From positions 1 to 64,000 of the forward strand of contig JBFGLM010000017.1 of the NCBI GenBank assembly GCA_041576165.1: a stretch of 64,000 nucleotides of DNA, in the 5' to 3' direction. Below are positions 27,111 to 37,073 of this stretch, in pieces. Below the pieces are notes generated by a model. The model did not search any database and was not told where the DNA came from. It saw only the letters and a program-made list of their open reading frames with translations. This DNA comes from Acidimicrobiia bacterium (GTDB lineage Bacteria; Actinomycetota; Acidimicrobiia; Spongiisociales; Spongiisociaceae). Each line of letters starts with the position of its first letter. Within the stretch, counting starts at the first letter, position 1. Both the position numbers and the translations under genes were made by a program.

Positions 27111-27674
27111 GTGCAAAACCTCGAAGACCGTGAATTGGCGAAGCTGATCGGCGAGCGGTCGGACGCAGCGCTGGCGGAGGCATATCGGCGCCACTCTGGC
27201 GCCGTCCACGGGCTGGCCTTGCGACTGCTCCGCGAACGATCCCTTGCCGAGGACGTGACGCAGGAGGTGTTCTTGCGCCTCTGGAACCGTCCCGGCTCCT
27301 ACGACGCCGGGCGTGGCTCGATCCGGTCTTTCCTCCTGTCGCATACTCACGGCCGCAGTATCGATCTCATCCGCTCCGAAGGGGCGCGCCGTAGACGTGA
27401 AGACCGGGAAACACGGTTCGCGCCGATAGCCGGACCAAGCCTCGAAGAAGAGGTTGTCGAGCTCGCCCGGGCGGAAAAGACCCGTCAGGCGTTGCAGATG
27501 CTGAGCGAAAATGAACGCGGTGCAATTGAGCTGGCATACTTCGGCGGTTATACCTACCGCCAAGTCGCCGCGATCCTCGGCGCACCCGAGGGTACGGTGA
27601 AGAGCAGGATCCGTGCTGGCCTGCAACGGCTGCACGGCTATCTGGCCGGAGCCGATCTCGTTGCCACACAATGA
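27111..27674 (+). CDS. ECF sigma factor, SigK-like
   Basis: AEDVTQEVFLRLW, YDAGRGS and IELAYFGGYTYRQVA..GTVKSRIRAGL motifs; GGAGG RBS before GTG. Confidence 0.9.
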   Translation: MQNLEDRELAKLIGERSDAALAEAYRRHSGAVHGLALRLLRERSLAEDVTQEVFLRLWNRPGSYDAGRGSIRSFLLSHTHGRSIDLIRSEGARRRREDRETRFAPIAGPSLEEEVVELARAEKTRQALQMLSENERGAIELAYFGGYTYRQVAAILGAPEGTVKSRIRAGLQRLHGYLAGADLVATQ

Positions 27675-27690
27675 GAAAGATGATCAACCA

Positions 27691-28602
27691 ATGCCTGCGG
27701 ACATCCAGGAGACGCTGGGCCTGTACGCCCTGGGAGCACTCGGGGATGATGAACGTGAGCAGGTTGAGCAACTGCTGGAGCACTCACCCGAGGCCCGCGC
27801 CCAGCTAGCCGATCACTACGCAGCAGTTGAAGAACTCGGAACCCTGGCGTTCGAGGCGGCGCCGGATCACGTCTGGCACGGGATTCGCCAAAAGATCCGC
27901 GAAGGCGATCCAGTGGCGCGGATAGCCCGATCGCCGGAGGCTCCGCGTGCGGCCGCCCCTCCGCCTCGTGCCGGCTGGGTCCTGACGGCCGCCGCAGCGG
28001 CTCTGGCAGTGGTCCTGGGAATCGGTGTCATGGTGCAGACCCAACGAGTGGCAGACCTCAACGAAAGGATCGCTACGCAACAGCGCGAGGCAGATTCGTT
28101 GGCGACGGAAATCGGTACTCGCGACGTGCAGATCGGCGCGCTCAACGACACCGTCACCGTGCAGGCTCAGCAGGCCGACCAGCTCGGCGGCGCGCTGGCC
28201 GACCGGGACGCTCGGATCGACGAGCTGCAAGCTGCCCTGGCAATGGATCCCCTCGCGATGGTCGCGCAAAGAGCCGACGCCCAGCCCGACACAATGCGCA
28301 TCGGCTTGGCCGCACCGGAGGCCGAGGCACCGCAGATGACCGTCGTGATCAACCACAACGGTCGCGGCTACGTCACTCACTCACAGCTAGATCCGCTGGA
28401 CCCGGAGCGCACATATCAACTGTGGGCGGTCATGCGAGACGGCCGGGTAATCTCGGCGGCAGTTCTTGGGCCAGAGCCGGGAGCCGCGACCTTCGCGGTA
28501 GATCTGGAGAATCTCGAAGCGTTGGCAATCACCGAAGAGATCAGGGGCGGAGTAGTAGCGTCGCAGAACGACGCGGTGTTGGTTGGCGAGGTCGACGTCT
28601 GA
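27691..28602 (+). CDS. Anti-sigma-K factor RskA family
   Basis: LGLYALGAL N-terminus, one TM, LDPERTYQLW..ISAAVL and LAITEE..GGV C-terminal motifs. Confidence 0.88.
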   Translation: MPADIQETLGLYALGALGDDEREQVEQLLEHSPEARAQLADHYAAVEELGTLAFEAAPDHVWHGIRQKIREGDPVARIARSPEAPRAAAPPPRAGWVLTAAAAALAVVLGIGVMVQTQRVADLNERIATQQREADSLATEIGTRDVQIGALNDTVTVQAQQADQLGGALADRDARIDELQAALAMDPLAMVAQRADAQPDTMRIGLAAPEAEAPQMTVVINHNGRGYVTHSQLDPLDPERTYQLWAVMRDGRVISAAVLGPEPGAATFAVDLENLEALAITEEIRGGVVASQNDAVLVGEVDV

Positions 28603-28612
28603 TCGGCGGATA

Positions 28613-29629
28613 ATGGCGAACTCCCGATCCGAGACCATTACCCGCAGGATCCGCACGATCCCCACCGTGTTTGGAGTGAGTGTGCTCTACCTGCTTCTGC
28701 TGCCGGTGCTGCTCCCAGCCGCAGTGCTGGTCGACCTGACTCGCTGGTTCGGCCACCGCCGGCCCTGGATGACGACGCGCCTGCTCGGGTTCGGCGGGAT
28801 CTACCTGGCGGCCGAGGTCCTGGGCGTGCTGAGCATGGGGGCGATCTGGGCCGGGACCGCAGGCGGGCTCATGCGACGGCCGTTCATAGACGGCACGTTT
28901 CGGGTGCAGCGCTGGTGGACCGGAATGCTGATGCGGGGTGTGCAGGCGATCTTCGGGATTCGATTCGAAGTCGAAGGAAGCGACGTGGTCACCCCGGGGC
29001 CCATCCTCGTGCTGGCCCGGCACGCATCGATCGTCGACAACCTGATACCGGGAACGTTCGTGGCGGCCAAGCACGACATTCGCCTGCGTTACATCCTCAA
29101 GCAAGAACTGTTGAGCGACCCGTGCCTCGACATCGGCGGCAACCGGCTGCCCAACTACTTCGTCGATCGGGATGCCGAGAATCCCCGCCTCGAACTCGAA
29201 CAGATTCGGGCGCTTGCCCGGGATCTGACGAGACGCGATGGGGTGTTGATCTTCCCCGAGGGCACCCGGTTCACTCCCAAACGCCGATCGCAAGCGCTGG
29301 ACAAGCTCCGAACGTCCAATTCGAATCTGGTGGAAAAAGCAGAGCGGCTGCGTCACGTCATGCCTCCCAAGCTGGGTGGGGTCTCCACGCTGCTGTCGGC
29401 CGAACCGGCCGCCGACATCGTGTTCCTGGCCCACCGGGGACTGGAGGGATTTGCCCGATTGGGAGACCTGTGGCGGGGGGCGATGGTCGGACGGGTGGTG
29501 CACGTGAAGTTCTGGAGGGTTCCGTCATCGGACGTGCCCACCGGGCGGTCGGCCCGCGCCGAGTGGCTGTTCGACCATTGGGCACACGTCGATGACTGGG
29601 TGGGGGCCGCCGACGGAGTGGCTTCATGA
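28613..29629 (+). CDS. PlsC-type 1-acyl-glycerol-3-phosphate acyltransferase family protein
   Basis: RHASIVD (HX4D), YILKQEL, FVDR and IFPEGTRF motifs. Confidence 0.9.
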   Translation: MANSRSETITRRIRTIPTVFGVSVLYLLLLPVLLPAAVLVDLTRWFGHRRPWMTTRLLGFGGIYLAAEVLGVLSMGAIWAGTAGGLMRRPFIDGTFRVQRWWTGMLMRGVQAIFGIRFEVEGSDVVTPGPILVLARHASIVDNLIPGTFVAAKHDIRLRYILKQELLSDPCLDIGGNRLPNYFVDRDAENPRLELEQIRALARDLTRRDGVLIFPEGTRFTPKRRSQALDKLRTSNSNLVEKAERLRHVMPPKLGGVSTLLSAEPAADIVFLAHRGLEGFARLGDLWRGAMVGRVVHVKFWRVPSSDVPTGRSARAEWLFDHWAHVDDWVGAADGVAS

Positions 29630-30984
29630 GTCACGGCATCGTTTGGTTTCGGCGCGATCTGCGGGTGCACGACAACCCGGCCTGGTCGGCGGCCACCCGT
29701 GACCACCAGGAGATGACGGCTCTCTTCGTCGTCGATCCTGCCCTCTGGCCCCGGGTGACCCCTGTCCGTCGGGCAATGCTGGCCGGGCACCTGGCGGCAC
29801 TTGATCAGCAGATGCAGGAGCGGGGCGGCCGCTTACGGGTAGAACAAGGCGAACCGGCCGAGGTTGTGGCCAGGGTTGCCGACGAGGTCGGCGCCGCCGC
29901 GATCCACGCCAACCGCGACGTCACACCCTACGCCCAGCGCCGAGACCGAGCGGTGGCCGACGCGGTTGACGGACTCATGCGGGGCCACGATGGCGTCTAC
30001 ATCGTTCGCCCCGGCACGGTCCTGTCGAAGGCGGAGGAGCCATACAAAGTATTCACACCGTTCCACAAACGGTGGCTGGACATGCTGCCCGACCCGGTCC
30101 CGGCCGAGGGAGAGGCAAGCCTTGCGGGCGAGTCCGGCGGCGGCGTGCCCGCGGTCGAGACCGAACCGCCGCTCGAACCGGGAGAGACCGCCTCCCTCGC
30201 CCGCCTGCAGGACTATTCGGAGCTGGTCGATTCCTACCCCGACGTTCGGAACCGACCCGACCTGGACGAGACCTCGCGTCTCTCGATCGACCTGAAATGG
30301 GGAACGCTCGGACCCCGTCGAATCATCGAGGAGGTCGGCTTCGAGACCAAGGGTCGGCGAGCCTTCATACGCCAGCTGGCGTGGCGCGATTTCCACGCCC
30401 AAACGATGGTGATGGCGCCCGATCTGGTGAACGAGCCCTTCCGGCCCGAGTACGCAGACATGAAGTGGCGGGACGACCCAGCCGGATTCGAGGCATGGTC
30501 GCAGGGCCAGACGGGCTATCCGCTGGTAGACGCAGGCATGCGGCAACTGCAGGAGGAAGGCTGGATGCACAACCGGGTGCGGATGGTCACTGCCTCGTTC
30601 CTGATCAAGGATCTGTTGATCGACTGGCGGGCCGGGGAACGCTGGTTCCGCCGATATCTGCTCGACGCCGACGTCGCCCAGAACGCCGGGAACTGGCAGT
30701 GGGTGGCCGGCACCGGCACGGACGCTGCGCCGTACTTCCGGGTGTTCAACCCCGTCAGCCAATCCGAGAAGTTCGATCCCGACGGCGACTACATCCGACG
30801 CTACGTGCCCGAGCTGGGCGAGCTGCCGACGCCAGCGATCCACGCGCCGTGGGAAGCGGACGCCGATGAGCTGTCGTCTGCCGGCGTGGCTGTTGGTGAC
30901 ACTTACCCGGCGCCGATCGTGGACCACGCGATGGCCCGGGAGCGGGCTTTGGACGCCTATCGGGCGGCCCGGGGTGACGACTAG
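29626..30984 (+). CDS. phrB: Deoxyribodipyrimidine photolyase (class I CPD photolyase family)
   Basis: [45 protein letters not shown] and [15 protein letters not shown] motifs. Confidence 0.95.
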   Translation: MSHGIVWFRRDLRVHDNPAWSAATRDHQEMTALFVVDPALWPRVTPVRRAMLAGHLAALDQQMQERGGRLRVEQGEPAEVVARVADEVGAAAIHANRDVTPYAQRRDRAVADAVDGLMRGHDGVYIVRPGTVLSKAEEPYKVFTPFHKRWLDMLPDPVPAEGEASLAGESGGGVPAVETEPPLEPGETASLARLQDYSELVDSYPDVRNRPDLDETSRLSIDLKWGTLGPRRIIEEVGFETKGRRAFIRQLAWRDFHAQTMVMAPDLVNEPFRPEYADMKWRDDPAGFEAWSQGQTGYPLVDAGMRQLQEEGWMHNRVRMVTASFLIKDLLIDWRAGERWFRRYLLDADVAQNAGNWQWVAGTGTDAAPYFRVFNPVSQSEKFDPDGDYIRRYVPELGELPTPAIHAPWEADADELSSAGVAVGDTYPAPIVDHAMARERALDAYRAARGDD

Positions 30985-30991
30985 GCCCTCT

Positions 30992-31810
30992 TTAGCCTGC
31001 GGTCAGACGCTCCAGCTCCGCCAGCGCCTCGAGGCCGTTGGCCGCCCAACCGTCCGCCCCCGCTTGCCGGGCCGCTTGGCCGTCGGGGATGGCGGTGCCG
31101 CCAAGCAAGACCGGCGTGTTCGGGGCATGAGTGCGTACTGATTCGATCATGTCGGCCAGGGTCTGATCATCGTCCAGCACCATGACCGAGACGCACACCG
31201 CAACCAGGCGATCGGCCTGTCTCATTGCGAGCTCCAGCGACTCGATCGGCACGTCACTGCCGAGAGTGATCACCTCGTAGCCGCCACCCCGCAGGATGTC
31301 GGCCAGCATCTCGAGACCAAGCACGTGCCGCTCACCGGGAGGAGTGGTGGCCACCACAGTGCCCCGGCTCCGGCCCCGTCGAGCGAAACGGGCGCCCAAG
31401 CGACCGATGAGCCGGTGCGCGATGGCAGTGGCAATGTGTTCCTCCCCCACGGAGATTCCACCAGCCACCCATTTGTCGCCGATACGGCGCAACGCCGGCC
31501 CGATCAGGTCGGTATACACCGCGGCCGGGCTCACTCCGGATGCCAGTGCGCTTTCGACGACTTTCCACGCCCCCGCCTGGTCGGCAGCCAGCAGTCGGGC
31601 CTCCAGCCGCTGGCTCCACGGGGCATCACGGCGCGGAGTCGCCGCCTCCTGGGACGCCGTGAACTTTTCGAGATCGGCCCGCCCGACTTGCCATACTGCT
31701 CCGGATTTGATGGCGGGGAGCAACCCCAGCCGGACGTAGCGGTAGGCGGTCATATAGTGCACACCGAGTTCGTCGGCTGCTTGGCGCAGGGTCAACCATG
31801 TTTGGCTCAT
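30992..31810 (-). CDS. Cobalamin-binding regulator: excisionase-type HTH plus CarH/LitR-like B12 module
   Basis: LTLRQAADELGVHYMTAYRYVRLGLLPA HTH; IGDKWVAGGISVGEEH (W-x9-EH); PPGERHVLG (ExHxxG) B12 motif. Confidence 0.88.
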   Translation of the reverse strand: MSQTWLTLRQAADELGVHYMTAYRYVRLGLLPAIKSGAVWQVGRADLEKFTASQEAATPRRDAPWSQRLEARLLAADQAGAWKVVESALASGVSPAAVYTDLIGPALRRIGDKWVAGGISVGEEHIATAIAHRLIGRLGARFARRGRSRGTVVATTPPGERHVLGLEMLADILRGGGYEVITLGSDVPIESLELAMRQADRLVAVCVSVMVLDDDQTLADMIESVRTHAPNTPVLLGGTAIPDGQAARQAGADGWAANGLEALAELERLTAG

Positions 31811-31821
31811 ATTGCCAGCTA

Positions 31822-31836
31822 TTTTATCACTAAATC
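31822..31836 (-). promoter_or_regulatory. Operator box upstream of the B12 regulator
   Basis: Minus strand GATTTAGTGATAAAA, 14/15 identical to GATTTAGTGCTAAAA at 27075; overlaps a TAAAAT -10-like hexamer. Confidence 0.7.
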
Positions 31837-31874
31837 AACCAAGAACATACCCTGAATGAGAGGAGCCGCCGGAG

Positions 31875-32483
31875 ATGCCCGAAGCCATGACGCCCGCCCA
31901 ATCAATCGCCGCCTCCCAGCTCGGTCGGATGCGAGGCATGACGGCTCTCTATCACCGGCGCTTCTTCGTGGACATTCAGTTCTCGCTGGTGGTGATCCTT
32001 GCTCTTGGCGTCGCCGGGTTTGCCATCGACCAGCGCCTCTTCCTGGCTGTCCCGTTCGTAGCCTTGTTTGGCGCCGCCCAGACCGCGTTCGATGCGTCCT
32101 ACCTGATCTTCGCTCGCCAGTACGCCGCGCGCCTGGAGCGCTGGCTCAACCACGGTCTCGGCGAACGGGTGCTGGTGGCAGCCGATCTCGAGTCCACCTA
32201 CCTCTTCCCCCTCGACGTCACCAAGATCGTCACGCTCCGCTTTGGCCAAGATTTCACGTGGTTCGGGTTCATGACCGCCTTCTACACCCTCCTCGGAATT
32301 CTGTCGTTCATCGTTGGATTTGGTCTCGGCATCGCCGAACTCACTGCCACCGGCCAGCTGCTGTATACGACCATCCTCGGATTATTGACGGTGGGGACGC
32401 TCGGCACCGGATTGTGGTGGTTCACCGGTGGAGAAGGCGAGCGGCGCCTACGGTCAGTGCTCGACGACACGTTCGGAGACTGA
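31875..32483 (+). CDS. Hypothetical four-TM membrane protein
   Basis: Long ORF with four hydrophobic segments and an upstream GAGGAG/GGAG RBS; divergent from the B12 regulator. Confidence 0.75.
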   Translation: MPEAMTPAQSIAASQLGRMRGMTALYHRRFFVDIQFSLVVILALGVAGFAIDQRLFLAVPFVALFGAAQTAFDASYLIFARQYAARLERWLNHGLGERVLVAADLESTYLFPLDVTKIVTLRFGQDFTWFGFMTAFYTLLGILSFIVGFGLGIAELTATGQLLYTTILGLLTVGTLGTGLWWFTGGEGERRLRSVLDDTFGD

Positions 32484-32491
32484 CAGGCTCT

Positions 32492-32965
32492 TCAGCGCCA
32501 GTGAATCAGCGGCAGGTAGAACCAAGTCAGACCGGCCAGGACGCCGAGCAAACCGGTGGCGACTGCGGCGACCACGCTCCCGAACACGAGCGTGGATACG
32601 AGATAGGCCGCTGCCCCCAGGGCAACGACGGTGAAGATCGTCCCGGCGTTGGCGATCCGGACCGCAGCCATGACATGGCTGTGGTGGTGGCGGGTGATGC
32701 CCGACCGGCTGCTGCGCAGCCGCTGATGGACGCTGGGCGCTATGAGCAGCACCGTGGCGAACGCCGAGCTCACGAACGCCACGTAGTAGATGATGCGCTC
32801 CGATTGCGAGATTTCCGAGAAGGCGCGCTGGAGCGGCAGGGTGAGCAAGAACGCAAACAGCACCTGCACTCCGGGCAGGGTGGTGCGCAGACCCTCCATG
32901 AGGGATCGAAACTGGTCTTCCACCCGGCCCGCATCGTCGATGGCCGCCGCTTCGTCGGTCCGCAT
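32492..32965 (-). CDS. DUF6328 family membrane protein
   Basis: LRTTLPGVQVLFAFLLTLP..F and LLIAPSVH motifs. Confidence 0.85.
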   Translation of the reverse strand: MRTDEAAAIDDAGRVEDQFRSLMEGLRTTLPGVQVLFAFLLTLPLQRAFSEISQSERIIYYVAFVSSAFATVLLIAPSVHQRLRSSRSGITRHHHSHVMAAVRIANAGTIFTVVALGAAAYLVSTLVFGSVVAAVATGLLGVLAGLTWFYLPLIHWR

Positions 32966-33047
32966 CCGTTCCCATTACCCGTCTCCGGCCGCGAGCAAAC
33001 GCACCGGTGGGGGTGAGTAGGTCGTCGAGAGGGCGCCGCTCCTGGGC

Positions 33048-33992
33048 TCAGCCTTTGCTGCGCAGCTTGGGATCGAGGGCGTCGCGCAACCCGTCACCGA
33101 TGAAGTTCACGCTCATCACAGTGAGGGTGATCATGATGCCGGGCCACATGACCCGCATCGGGCTGATGTTGATGTAGTCCTTGGCGTCGAACAGCAGTCG
33201 GCCCCACGTGGGGAAGTCCGCGGGGAATCCGAGCCCGAGGAACGACAGCGCCGACTCAGTCAGGATCGCCACGGCCACGCCGATGGCGCCGGCGACGATG
33301 ACCGGGCTCATCACATTGGGGAGTATGTGACGCAAGACAACCCGGCGCTTGCGGGTTCCGATCGAATGCGCGGCGAGGACGAACTCGTCCTCCTTGATTG
33401 ACAAAACGTCACCCCGTACCACCCGGGCGGTCTGCATCCAGCTGGTTACGCCGATGATGAACACGACCAAGAGGAAGATGCCCATGTTCGGGCCGAGCGA
33501 CTCTTTGAGCGGCTCGCGGAACAACATGATTACAACGAGCAGCAAGGGGAGGATCGGAAGCGCAAGAAACAGGTCGGTGAGACGCATCAGGGGGCCGTCC
33601 AGCCTCTTGAAGAAGCCGGCGATCACGCCGATGGCGGTGCCGATCAACAGCCCGAACAGCATGGCGGCGAACCCCACCGCCAGCGAGATCCGCCCGCCGA
33701 TCAGCACCCGGGCCATGACATCGCGGCCAAGGTTGTCGGTTCCCATCAGATGCTGGGCTGAGGGACCCTGGTTGGCGTTGGGGACGTCCAGCGCAAACGG
33801 ATCGAGTGGGTAGATGAACGGACCGAGGAAACTGCCAACGAGGATGATCACCAGCAGCACCAGGCCGACCACGGCACCCTTGTGCCGGCGGAACTGGCGC
33901 CAGACGTCGGAACGGAGTGACCTGTACTTCTCCTGCGCCTGTTCGGGCAGAAGCTCTTCGAGATCTTCGACTCGTTCCTGAGTACTGGCCAT
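33048..33992 (-). CDS. Peptide/nickel ABC transporter permease (OppC/DppC type)
   Basis: HLMGTDNLGRD, EFVLAAHSIG, RHILPN and ESALSFLGLG motifs. Confidence 0.94.
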   Translation of the reverse strand: MASTQERVEDLEELLPEQAQEKYRSLRSDVWRQFRRHKGAVVGLVLLVIILVGSFLGPFIYPLDPFALDVPNANQGPSAQHLMGTDNLGRDVMARVLIGGRISLAVGFAAMLFGLLIGTAIGVIAGFFKRLDGPLMRLTDLFLALPILPLLLVVIMLFREPLKESLGPNMGIFLLVVFIIGVTSWMQTARVVRGDVLSIKEDEFVLAAHSIGTRKRRVVLRHILPNVMSPVIVAGAIGVAVAILTESALSFLGLGFPADFPTWGRLLFDAKDYINISPMRVMWPGIMITLTVMSVNFIGDGLRDALDPKLRSKG

Positions 33993-34013
33993 GTTCTTCG
34001 CTCTCCGTCCGGC

Positions 34014-35027
34014 TCAATCGTATCTAATGCGTGGATCAAGGAGGCCGTAAGTGACGTCGGCGACCAGGTTGAATATCACAATCAGCACCGCAAACATGAA
34101 TGTCAGTGTTTGCACCATCGGTACATCTCCCTGACCGATAGACACGATCAGAAGCTGCCCGAGCCCGTTGATGCGGAAGATCTGTTCGGTGATGATGGCA
34201 CCGCCGAAAATGCCCGGGACCGAGAGCGCAATAAGCGTCACCACCGGGATCAGGCTGTTGCGCACCACGTGGGTGATGACCACCTTGTTCTCGGCCAGGC
34301 CCTTCGAGCGTGCCGTGCGAACGTAGTCTTCATTCAGGTTGTCGAGCACCGACGCCCGGGTGAAGCGGCTCAATACAGCCGCGTTGAAGAACGTCAGCAC
34401 GGTCACCGGCATGATCATCTGTTTGACCTGCAGCACGAAGGTATCCCAACTGTTGACCACCAGTGTGGTGTCGTAGAAGGAAGGGAACCAACCCAGCCAC
34501 ACGCTGAAGACCACGATGGCCAGCAGGCCCGTGAAAAACGTTGGCGCCGAGTACCCGATCATGGTGACGAACGTGCCGACGTTGTCGAAGGCCGAGTACT
34601 GGCGGTACGCAGAATAGATCCCGATCGGGACCGCGATCAGCGTTCCGAAGACAAAGGCCAGGCCCAGCACCCACAGGGTCTGGGGGAGGCGCTGATAGAT
34701 GATGTCCACGGCCGGTGCCCGCGAGGCCCAGGAGATGATGCGGGCCCGGTTCTCGCAGTCGCCAATGCAGGTGCCGAAGGCCGAGTCGATGATGTTGAGC
34801 GGCTCGTTGACGAACATGAGCCGCATCCATTTGAGCCACTTGAGGAGGAACGGATCGTTGAAGCCGAGCGACTCCCTGATCCGCTCCTTCACCTCGTCGG
34901 GCAGGGTTAGAGGCAGCTGCGCCGCCGGATCGCCTGGGGCTAGGTCGAGGATGGCAAAGATGATGAGGCTGATGAATATCAGCGTCGGGACCGCAAACAG
35001 GGTTCGCCGCAAGATGTAGGTGCCCAC
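34014..35027 (-). CDS. Peptide/nickel ABC transporter permease (OppB/DppB type)
   Basis: PGDPA, EDYVRTARSKGL, HVVRNSLIP and LLDPRIR motifs. Confidence 0.94.
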   Translation of the reverse strand: MGTYILRRTLFAVPTLIFISLIIFAILDLAPGDPAAQLPLTLPDEVKERIRESLGFNDPFLLKWLKWMRLMFVNEPLNIIDSAFGTCIGDCENRARIISWASRAPAVDIIYQRLPQTLWVLGLAFVFGTLIAVPIGIYSAYRQYSAFDNVGTFVTMIGYSAPTFFTGLLAIVVFSVWLGWFPSFYDTTLVVNSWDTFVLQVKQMIMPVTVLTFFNAAVLSRFTRASVLDNLNEDYVRTARSKGLAENKVVITHVVRNSLIPVVTLIALSVPGIFGGAIITEQIFRINGLGQLLIVSIGQGDVPMVQTLTFMFAVLIVIFNLVADVTYGLLDPRIRYD

Positions 35028-35068
35028 TAGTCCACCGGCTCCGGGTTACGGGTGACGACAGGATAACT

Positions 35069-35103
35069 CAAAGGGCCTCCCAGTTTCCCTGGGAGGCCCT
35101 TTG
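35069..35103 (-). terminator. Strong hairpin downstream of the substrate-binding protein gene
   Basis: 15-bp perfect stem caaagggcctcccag/ctgggaggccctttg with a 5-nt loop. Confidence 0.75.
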
Positions 35104-35135
35104 GGTCGTTCACGAGAGTCACGCTGCTCGGCTGA

Positions 35136-36974
35136 TCAGCCGGTGCGCGTCCACTCTTCGATGTTCCAGTACTCCGAGTCCCAGCCGTTGAGAATGCCGA
35201 AGCCATTGATGTCATTCGAGATCGCCGACACGTTCGCACGGTGGATCAATGGGATGACAGCGCCCTTCTCGACCATGATGTCTTGAAGGCGTTGTGCCAG
35301 CTCGTTGTAAGCGGGATCGTCCGGAGCCGTCTGCGACAGCTGGGCCCACGTCTCGTCATACTCGGTGTCGGCCAGGCGCGGCATGTTGCTGCTGGCCGGC
35401 CAGCCGAGGGCGGCCGTCGGGATCTCTTGCGACGTCCAACCGAAGAGATAACCGGAGGCATCGGGGGCCGTGGCGCCGTTCGTGAACATCTCCATGTCGG
35501 AGAAGAACTTCCAGATGGAGAAGTCACTGGCGCTCGTGCCGTCGAAGAACAGGCTCGCGTCCTGGTTGCTCATGTTGACGTTGACACCGATCTCGGCCCA
35601 GTTGGCCTTGATGATGTCCTGGTTCGACTGCCGCACCGCGTTGGTCGACGTCACATAGTCGAAGTCCAGCGGCAGGCCGGTGTCGGTCTCCCGCACACCG
35701 TCGCCGTCGGTGTCCAGGTAGCCGAGATCATCGAGGATCTGGTTGGCCTGGTCCACGTCACGGGTCTTGCACCAGTCGTTGTTCGACGACGCGGCTTCAC
35801 CGACCGGCCACAACGTGCAGATCGGCGTACCGGTCGGCCCGTAGCCAACCGCGACGAGGGAGTCCCGGTCGATGGCCAGCGACAGCGCCCGGGCCAGCTC
35901 ACCGTTCTGGTACAGAATCGGATGGTTGGTCGAACCGTCTTCCATCCATTCCGAGGGCGGATCGGCATCGGGGTCGGTCTGGTTCAGGTTGATGTGCTCG
36001 ACGTTGGCGGTGAAGCCGGCCACGATCGTCCCGTTACCGGCAGCCTCCATCGGCTGGAGGATCTCCGGCGCAACCTGCAGGTTCCAGCCGTAGTCGGCCT
36101 CGCCGATTTCCAGCACGGATCGGGCCGACGCCTCAGCATCACCGCCACCCTTGATGGTGACGTTGGTGAAGAAGGGTTTGCCTTCCGCCACGCCGCGATA
36201 GTTCGGGTTGAAGGTGTAGGTGACGGTGTCCTCTGGCTTGAGGTCGGTCACCATGTACGGACCCGTGCCGATCGGCGCAAAGTTCTGCTCGGTGCAGGCG
36301 CTGGCCTGCTCACCTACGCAATCCTGGAACTGCGCGCGCTGGATGATCGGCTCGGTGTAACCAACGAAGTCGTTGAACGGGAACGGCTGTGGATCGACGA
36401 AGTTCACCTTGACCGTTACATCGTCGACGACCTCGACACTCTCCACCGTGGTGAAGTCGGCCGAGCAGCCCGTCAGCTCATCCGAGCAGTACTCGAAGGT
36501 GAACAGCACGTCGTCCGCAGTGAACGGCGTCCCGTCCGACCAGAGCACGCCTTCTTTCAGGGTCCACGTGATCGACGAGAAGTCGTCTGCGATCGAGCCG
36601 TCCGACTGCGAAGGAATCGCCGCGGCCAAGGTTGGCTGAATCACACCATCGGGGTCGAACCGCGCCAGCGGCTCGAGTGCGAGCGAGCCAGCCAGCAAGT
36701 CCTTGGTGCCCGACGAGATCAGAGCGTTGGCCTGCGACGGTGCCTGCCACTGCAGCAGCAGCAGGTCGCCACCGGTGCCCGCCCCACCCGCAGGTGCGGC
36801 AGCTTCCGTCGTCTCGGTCGGAGCTTCGGTCTCGGTCGGTGCCTCAGTCGCGGCGGTGGTCTCTTCCGCCCCGGCTTCTGTCGCCTCGGTGGTCTCGGCT
36901 TCGTCGCCGCCACCACACGCGGCGGCGACAAGCGCAAACACCGCGATGATCACCAATAATTTCTTGAGTTGCAT
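35136..36974 (-). CDS. Peptide ABC transporter substrate-binding lipoprotein (family 5)
   Basis: VAAAC lipobox, LKEGVLWSDGTPFTADDV, PIGTGPY and ALSLAIDR motifs; very acidic. Confidence 0.94.
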   Translation of the reverse strand: MQLKKLLVIIAVFALVAAACGGGDEAETTEATEAGAEETTAATEAPTETEAPTETTEAAAPAGGAGTGGDLLLLQWQAPSQANALISSGTKDLLAGSLALEPLARFDPDGVIQPTLAAAIPSQSDGSIADDFSSITWTLKEGVLWSDGTPFTADDVLFTFEYCSDELTGCSADFTTVESVEVVDDVTVKVNFVDPQPFPFNDFVGYTEPIIQRAQFQDCVGEQASACTEQNFAPIGTGPYMVTDLKPEDTVTYTFNPNYRGVAEGKPFFTNVTIKGGGDAEASARSVLEIGEADYGWNLQVAPEILQPMEAAGNGTIVAGFTANVEHINLNQTDPDADPPSEWMEDGSTNHPILYQNGELARALSLAIDRDSLVAVGYGPTGTPICTLWPVGEAASSNNDWCKTRDVDQANQILDDLGYLDTDGDGVRETDTGLPLDFDYVTSTNAVRQSNQDIIKANWAEIGVNVNMSNQDASLFFDGTSASDFSIWKFFSDMEMFTNGATAPDASGYLFGWTSQEIPTAALGWPASSNMPRLADTEYDETWAQLSQTAPDDPAYNELAQRLQDIMVEKGAVIPLIHRANVSAISNDINGFGILNGWDSEYWNIEEWTRTG

Positions 36975-37073
36975 ATAGAGCTCATCCTCCATGCGCCCGG
37001 AGGGTCCGAGCGCGGCTATACCTTAGAGAACTATGACCCCAGGCCGCAGTTCATGTCACGAACAGTGACAGTT

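Noticed and set aside
30992-31810. Excisionase-like HTH as evidence of a prophage or integrative element
   Set aside because: It is fused to a B12-binding module, and no integrase, att site or phage genes are present
33000-33016. CGCACCggtggGGGTGA upstream of DUF6328 as a regulon site
   Set aside because: Only one half-site matches and the distance to the start differs from the other copies
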